A stretch of 64,000 bases of DNA from Halorussus marinus (GTDB lineage: Archaea; Halobacteriota; Halobacteria; Halobacteriales; Haladaptataceae). A program made the translations under genes and the position numbers. The notes under the pieces are model-generated. The model made no database searches and was not told where the DNA came from. It saw only the letters and a list, made by a program, of their open reading frames with translations. Each line of letters begins with the position of its first letter. The stretch's first letter is position 1. The stretch is from contig NZ_SBIV01000004.1 of assembly GCF_004765795.1 (NCBI RefSeq), positions 1 through 64,000 on the forward strand, written 5' to 3'. Shown piece after piece: positions 59,766-64,000 of this stretch.

Positions 59766-61103
59766 ATGACAGCCGTCGGTATCGACGCACTCGAAATCTG
59801 GACCGGGAAGCTCAAGCTCGACTTGCCGGGGACGTTCGCGCCCCAGAAGGGCGAGGACCCCGAGAAGTACACGAAGGGACTGGGGCTCAACGCGAGTTCG
59901 TTCCCCGACGCCCACGAGGACATCGTCACGATGGGTGCGAACGCCGCAAAGCGCCTGATGGAGCGCAAGGGGCTGGCCCCCGACGACATCGGTCGCATCG
60001 ACGTGGCGACCGAATCGGCGTTCGACAACTCCAAGCCCGTCTCGACGTACATCGCGGGCTGTCTCGAGCAGGTGTACGACGGCGACTTCCACCACGCCAA
60101 CAAGGGCGAGCGCAAGTTCGCCTGCATCGCGGGCACCCAGAGCCTCGACGACGCGTACAACTGGATCAAGGCCGGCCGGAACCGGGACCGCGCGGCGCTC
60201 GTGATCGCGACCGACACTGCCCTCTACGCCCGGGGCGACCCCGGCGAGGCCACGCAGGGCGCGGGCGCGGTCGCGATGCTCGTCGACGAGGACCCGGACC
60301 TCGTGGAGCTCTCGACCGAGCAGGGGTACGGGAGCGCCGACGAGACCGACTTCCTCAAGCCGAACCAGCAGTTCCCGAGCGTCGACGGCAAGCGCTCGAT
60401 GCAGGTGTACCTCGCGCGGATGCGCGAGGCGGTCGAGGACTTCGAGTCGATCTCGGACCCGACCCACCCCGAGGACTTCGCGTACATCCCGTTCCACACG
60501 CCGTTCCCCGGCATGGTCCGGAAGGCCGGACTGCTCGGCTACCGCCACATGATCCGGAACACGCCGATCGAGGAGTCTCTCGCCGAGGAGATCGGGCTCC
60601 AGCCCCGCGAGGACGACTACGCCGACCGCGAGGCCTACGAGGAGGCCATCCGCGAGCACATGGACGAGCTCAAATCCACCGACGAGTACCGCGAGTGGTA
60701 CGGCGAGGTCATCGAACCCACCCTCGCCATCTCCCGGGAGGTCGGCAACTGGTACACCGGCTCGGTCCACATCGCCCGGGCGGCCGCGCTCAAGAGCGCC
60801 GCCGAGTCGGGGCGGGACCTCGCGGGCGAGCGCCTGCTCGTCGGCTCGTACGGGAGCGGCGCGCAGGCCGAGATCCACGCCGAGACGGTCGCCGACGACT
60901 GGGCCGAGGAGATCGACGAGCTGAACGTCGACGAGCAGATCGACGAGCGATACGACCTCTCGTTCGCTGAGTACGAGAAGGTCCACGATCGGCACAACCA
61001 CGACAAGACGATCGACATCGAGGACTTCACGGTCCCCGAGGAGGAGTTCGTGTTCACCGGCTGGGGCCGGATGAACGAGCGGACCTACGAGTACGTCGAG
61101 TAA
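59766..61103 (+). CDS. hydroxymethylglutaryl-CoA synthase
   Basis: VATESAFDNSKP, KFACIAG, EATQGAGAVA, FHTPF, GNWYTGS and SYGSG. Confidence 0.95.
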   Translation: MTAVGIDALEIWTGKLKLDLPGTFAPQKGEDPEKYTKGLGLNASSFPDAHEDIVTMGANAAKRLMERKGLAPDDIGRIDVATESAFDNSKPVSTYIAGCLEQVYDGDFHHANKGERKFACIAGTQSLDDAYNWIKAGRNRDRAALVIATDTALYARGDPGEATQGAGAVAMLVDEDPDLVELSTEQGYGSADETDFLKPNQQFPSVDGKRSMQVYLARMREAVEDFESISDPTHPEDFAYIPFHTPFPGMVRKAGLLGYRHMIRNTPIEESLAEEIGLQPREDDYADREAYEEAIREHMDELKSTDEYREWYGEVIEPTLAISREVGNWYTGSVHIARAAALKSAAESGRDLAGERLLVGSYGSGAQAEIHAETVADDWAEEIDELNVDEQIDERYDLSFAEYEKVHDRHNHDKTIDIEDFTVPEEEFVFTGWGRMNERTYEYVE

Positions 61104-61146
61104 AGCGTCCGAACCGCTATTTTCCCATCAGTGGGTCGTCGACGGA

Positions 61147-61860
61147 TCAGGGGATCTCGCGGAGCGCGTTTAGCACGTCGTCGATCGGCTCGTCGGTGAC
61201 CGCCAGCGCGAAGCCGTCGAGTCGAGCCATCTTCGGGGCGTGCTCCCAGAGGTCCTCGCGGTCGAGGCCGTGGAGCACCACGGCGTGGGGCGTGGGGTTG
61301 ACCACGCGCATCGCGACCAGCGGCGACTCCCCGCGGGTGACGTTGGTGAACACGAGCGCTCGGCTCGTGCTCTGGCCGTAGAGCCGGTAGAACTCCTCGC
61401 TGGAGAGGCGCGTGATCGCCTCGATGCTGTCGATGACGGTGTGGCCGGTGACGTGGTCGTGATCGCCGTCGGTGAGCGGGGTCGCGCCCACCGCGTCGTA
61501 GAACCGATCCAGCGAGACCGCGGTGGGGTACTCCCGGAGGTCGCTCACGATGTCGCTCTCGAAGCCCGCCGAGAGCACCCGGGCGTGCTGGCGGATGCGG
61601 TCGCCGCCCCGGCGCTCGTCGATGTCGAGCAGGCCGGAGACGATCCGGGCGACCACGCCGATGCCGGGGCTCTCGCGGCGACCGCTCTCGTAGTCGCTGA
61701 CGACCGACGACGAGACGTCGAGGTGGTCGGCGAGGTCGGTCTGGGAGACCCCGAAGTCGGTCCGCCACTTCCGGAGGGTCGCGCCGGGGTCGTCGCTGAG
61801 GGTTATCTCGCCCGCGATGCGCTCGGCGAGCTGTCCGCGGGGGTCGTCGGGATCCGACAT
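61147..61860 (-). CDS. Xre-type HTH transcriptional regulator (archaeal COG1709-like)
   Basis: IAGEITLS..PG.TLRKWR..F.VSQ..SDYESGRR.SPG and VTRGESP.VAMRV. Confidence 0.88.
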   Translation of the reverse strand: MSDPDDPRGQLAERIAGEITLSDDPGATLRKWRTDFGVSQTDLADHLDVSSSVVSDYESGRRESPGIGVVARIVSGLLDIDERRGGDRIRQHARVLSAGFESDIVSDLREYPTAVSLDRFYDAVGATPLTDGDHDHVTGHTVIDSIEAITRLSSEEFYRLYGQSTSRALVFTNVTRGESPLVAMRVVNPTPHAVVLHGLDREDLWEHAPKMARLDGFALAVTDEPIDDVLNALREIP

Positions 61861-61966
61861 GCTCCCGACTCCGGGGGTGAGCCGCAAAAGCGTATCGAAA
61901 CCGGGGTTCGACGTTCGCCGAACACGCCGGGAAACTGATATTGGGCCTCGGGGACAACCGACACGC

Positions 61967-62626
61967 ATGCCATCGACGCTGGTGCACGTCGCGCTGGCGG
62001 GGCTGGTCGGCACCGCCCTGCTCGCCGAGGAGTTCGACGCCCGCGCGATCGCAGTCGTGATGGCGGCCACCGCGTTCGTCGACCTCGACGTGTTCGTCGG
62101 CCTCGTCGTGGCGGGCACCCATCGGGCGGCGTTTCACACCCTGCTGGTGCCGCTCGCGCTCGGCGCGGTGCTGTACTACGACGTCCGACTCCGCGAGCGC
62201 TCGCGGCTCGCGGCCCGGTGGGAGACCCGGGGCGTCCGCGTCGCGTGGGTGAGCGTCTTCGCGGTGGCGGTCGCCGGCATCGGGCCGGACCTGTTTCTCA
62301 ACGGCGTGAACCTCTTTTACCCGGTCCACGACCAGTTCTACGAGCTCACCGGGCGGGTGATCTACTCCGACCAGCGCGGGGTGGTCCAGACGTTCGTGGA
62401 CCTCGACTTCGACTTCCTGACCGAACCCGCGGCCCGGGCGACCGACCAGACGGTGCGGACGACCGACAACACCCACTACCGGACCGGGGTCGATCCGTCC
62501 CGGGGCGAGACCACCGAGGACGTCGAGCGCATCTTCTACATCGTCACCTCCGGCGAGCGACTCCTGCTCGCGCTGACGGGCTACGCGGTGGTCGGCCTGC
62601 GCCTGCGCGAGGAGCGGCGGAACTAA
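61967..62626 (+). CDS. membrane-bound metal-dependent hydrolase (YdjM-like)
   Basis: MPSTLVH, DLD and HRAAFHTL. Confidence 0.85.
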   Translation: MPSTLVHVALAGLVGTALLAEEFDARAIAVVMAATAFVDLDVFVGLVVAGTHRAAFHTLLVPLALGAVLYYDVRLRERSRLAARWETRGVRVAWVSVFAVAVAGIGPDLFLNGVNLFYPVHDQFYELTGRVIYSDQRGVVQTFVDLDFDFLTEPAARATDQTVRTTDNTHYRTGVDPSRGETTEDVERIFYIVTSGERLLLALTGYAVVGLRLREERRN

Positions 62627-62651
62627 CACCGAGCGCCGTCAACCCCGGAGC

Positions 62652-63191
62652 ATGGCCGACACAGACGTGACCGTCCGACCGTACGATCCCGACCGCGACG
62701 CCCGCGACCTGTGGGACCTCAAGCGCGGGTTCGAACTCGGGCTCGGGTCGGGAACCGGCGGCGACGACAAGCGCGCGAAGTACGAAGGGAAGCTCACCGA
62801 CGAGTACGGCGAGCGGTACCTCGACTGGGCGTTCTGGTGCGTGAAACACGAGCCCCGGTGCGTGACGGTGGCCGACGCGGGCGACGCCGGAGGGGGCGAC
62901 GCGGACGCCGACGCCGACGCGCTCGCGGGCTACGTCTTCGTCCTGCCCCAACAGCTCGCGATGATCTGGGACGCCGCGGTGCTCAACGAGATCTACGTCC
63001 GGCCCGAGTTCCGCGGGACCGGCGTCGCGGACGACCTGATGGACGCCGCCGTGGGGCTGGCCCGCGATCAGGACCTCCCGCTGGAGAGGCTCGTGCTCGA
63101 CGTCGACCGGGAGAACGACCGCGCGAAGGCGTTCTACGATCGCCACGGCTTCGACCACTGGGGCGAGATGGTCGCGAAGGACCTGTCGTAG
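62652..63191 (+). CDS. GNAT family acetyltransferase
   Basis: EIYVRPEFRGTGVA and N.RA.AFY.RHGF. Confidence 0.92.
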   Translation: MADTDVTVRPYDPDRDARDLWDLKRGFELGLGSGTGGDDKRAKYEGKLTDEYGERYLDWAFWCVKHEPRCVTVADAGDAGGGDADADADALAGYVFVLPQQLAMIWDAAVLNEIYVRPEFRGTGVADDLMDAAVGLARDQDLPLERLVLDVDRENDRAKAFYDRHGFDHWGEMVAKDLS

Positions 63192-63365
63192 CCGGTCGCC
63201 GAGCCGCCCCGAGAACGGCTACGAACCGCTCTGAGAGCTACGCGCCGTTCCGTAGCACTATTTATATTCGGAAAGAAACCTTGAAGTCACGCTTGTGCCA
63301 ACCTCCGGACGAGGGTGGCGACGACGCCGGGTCGGCGACGGCTCGGGCGTCGCACCGATCACACA

Positions 63366-64000
63366 ATGTCTGGCACGACCGGCACGACGGACCGACGAGC
63401 ACCGAACCGACCGACTCCCGACCTCATCGCCCACCGCGGCTTCGCCGGCGTCTGCCCCGAGAACACGGTGGCGGCCGCCGAGCGCGCCGCGACCGGCCTC
63501 GGCCGCGGCGAGCCGCCCGCGATGGTCGAGATCGACGTGATGGCGAGCGCCGACGGCGAGCTCGTGGTGTTTCACGACGAGCGCCTCGGCCGGGTGACCG
63601 ACGCTCCCGACCGGCTCGCGGGCCAGTACGTCTGGGAGACTCCCTACGAGACGCTCGCCGAGCTCGAGGTGCTGGGAACCGGCGAGCCCGTCCCCCAGCT
63701 CGACGCGGTCCTCGACGCGATCCCCCCGGAGGTCGGCGTGAACGTCGAGTTCAAGAACCCCGGGACGGCCGCGATCCGCCCCCGCGAGAACCTCCCGCCG
63801 GGCGACCGCGAGGCCGAGACCGACCGCTGGCGCGCGTTCGCCGAGCGAGTGGTCTCGACGCTCGACGACCACGACAACGACGCGTTGATCTCGTCGTTCT
63901 CGGAGGGCGCGCTCGCGGCGACCCGGGCGGCCGACCCCTCGGTGGCGATCGCCGCGGTGTTCGCCGAATCGGTCGCCGACGGAATGGAGGTCGCCCGCCG
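63366..64000 (+). CDS. glycerophosphodiester phosphodiesterase (partial, runs off the window)
   Basis: ATG at 63366; IAHRGF...PENT, VEIDV, VVFHD, NVEFK and ISSF. Confidence 0.9.
   Translation, partial: MSGTTGTTDRRAPNRPTPDLIAHRGFAGVCPENTVAAAERAATGLGRGEPPAMVEIDVMASADGELVVFHDERLGRVTDAPDRLAGQYVWETPYETLAELEVLGTGEPVPQLDAVLDAIPPEVGVNVEFKNPGTAAIRPRENLPPGDREAETDRWRAFAERVVSTLDDHDNDALISSFSEGALAATRAADPSVAIAAVFAESVADGMEVAR

Overview
A very GC-rich, densely coding chromosomal segment from a haloarchaeon (class Halobacteria), judged from acidic D/E-rich proteins, Tat signal peptides, a halolysin, Orc1/Cdc6, aIF-1A and Lsm-rpl37e. Most of it is core genome: biotin-dependent acyl-CoA carboxylase genes with birA, purF, thrS, gcvT-H-PA-PB, HMG-CoA synthase, an AlaX editing protein, PduO, tRNA-Val(CAC) and tRNA-Leu(GAG). 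I see no CRISPR array, rRNA, integrase or intact transposase. The notable items are: (1) a candidate ~100-nt ncRNA at ~28.9 kb whose promoter geometry matches both tRNA genes in the window; (2) a probable secondary replication origin beside orc1/cdc6, with about 8 non-canonical ORB-like boxes that switch orientation across an AT-enriched stretch; (3) small REP-like hairpin elements, one in frame inside a Dna2-like nuclease-helicase, one forming a 38-codon ORF between gcvPA and gcvPB, and one at the tRNA-Leu 3' end; (4) a circularly permuted orphan family-5 solute-binding protein; (5) a head-to-head deletion scar joining pip and putP remnants after tRNA-Val; (6) a modular pilin-like surface protein with a compositionally different C-terminus; (7) several small proteins missing from the ORF track. 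All family assignments come from reading motifs by eye; no searches were run.
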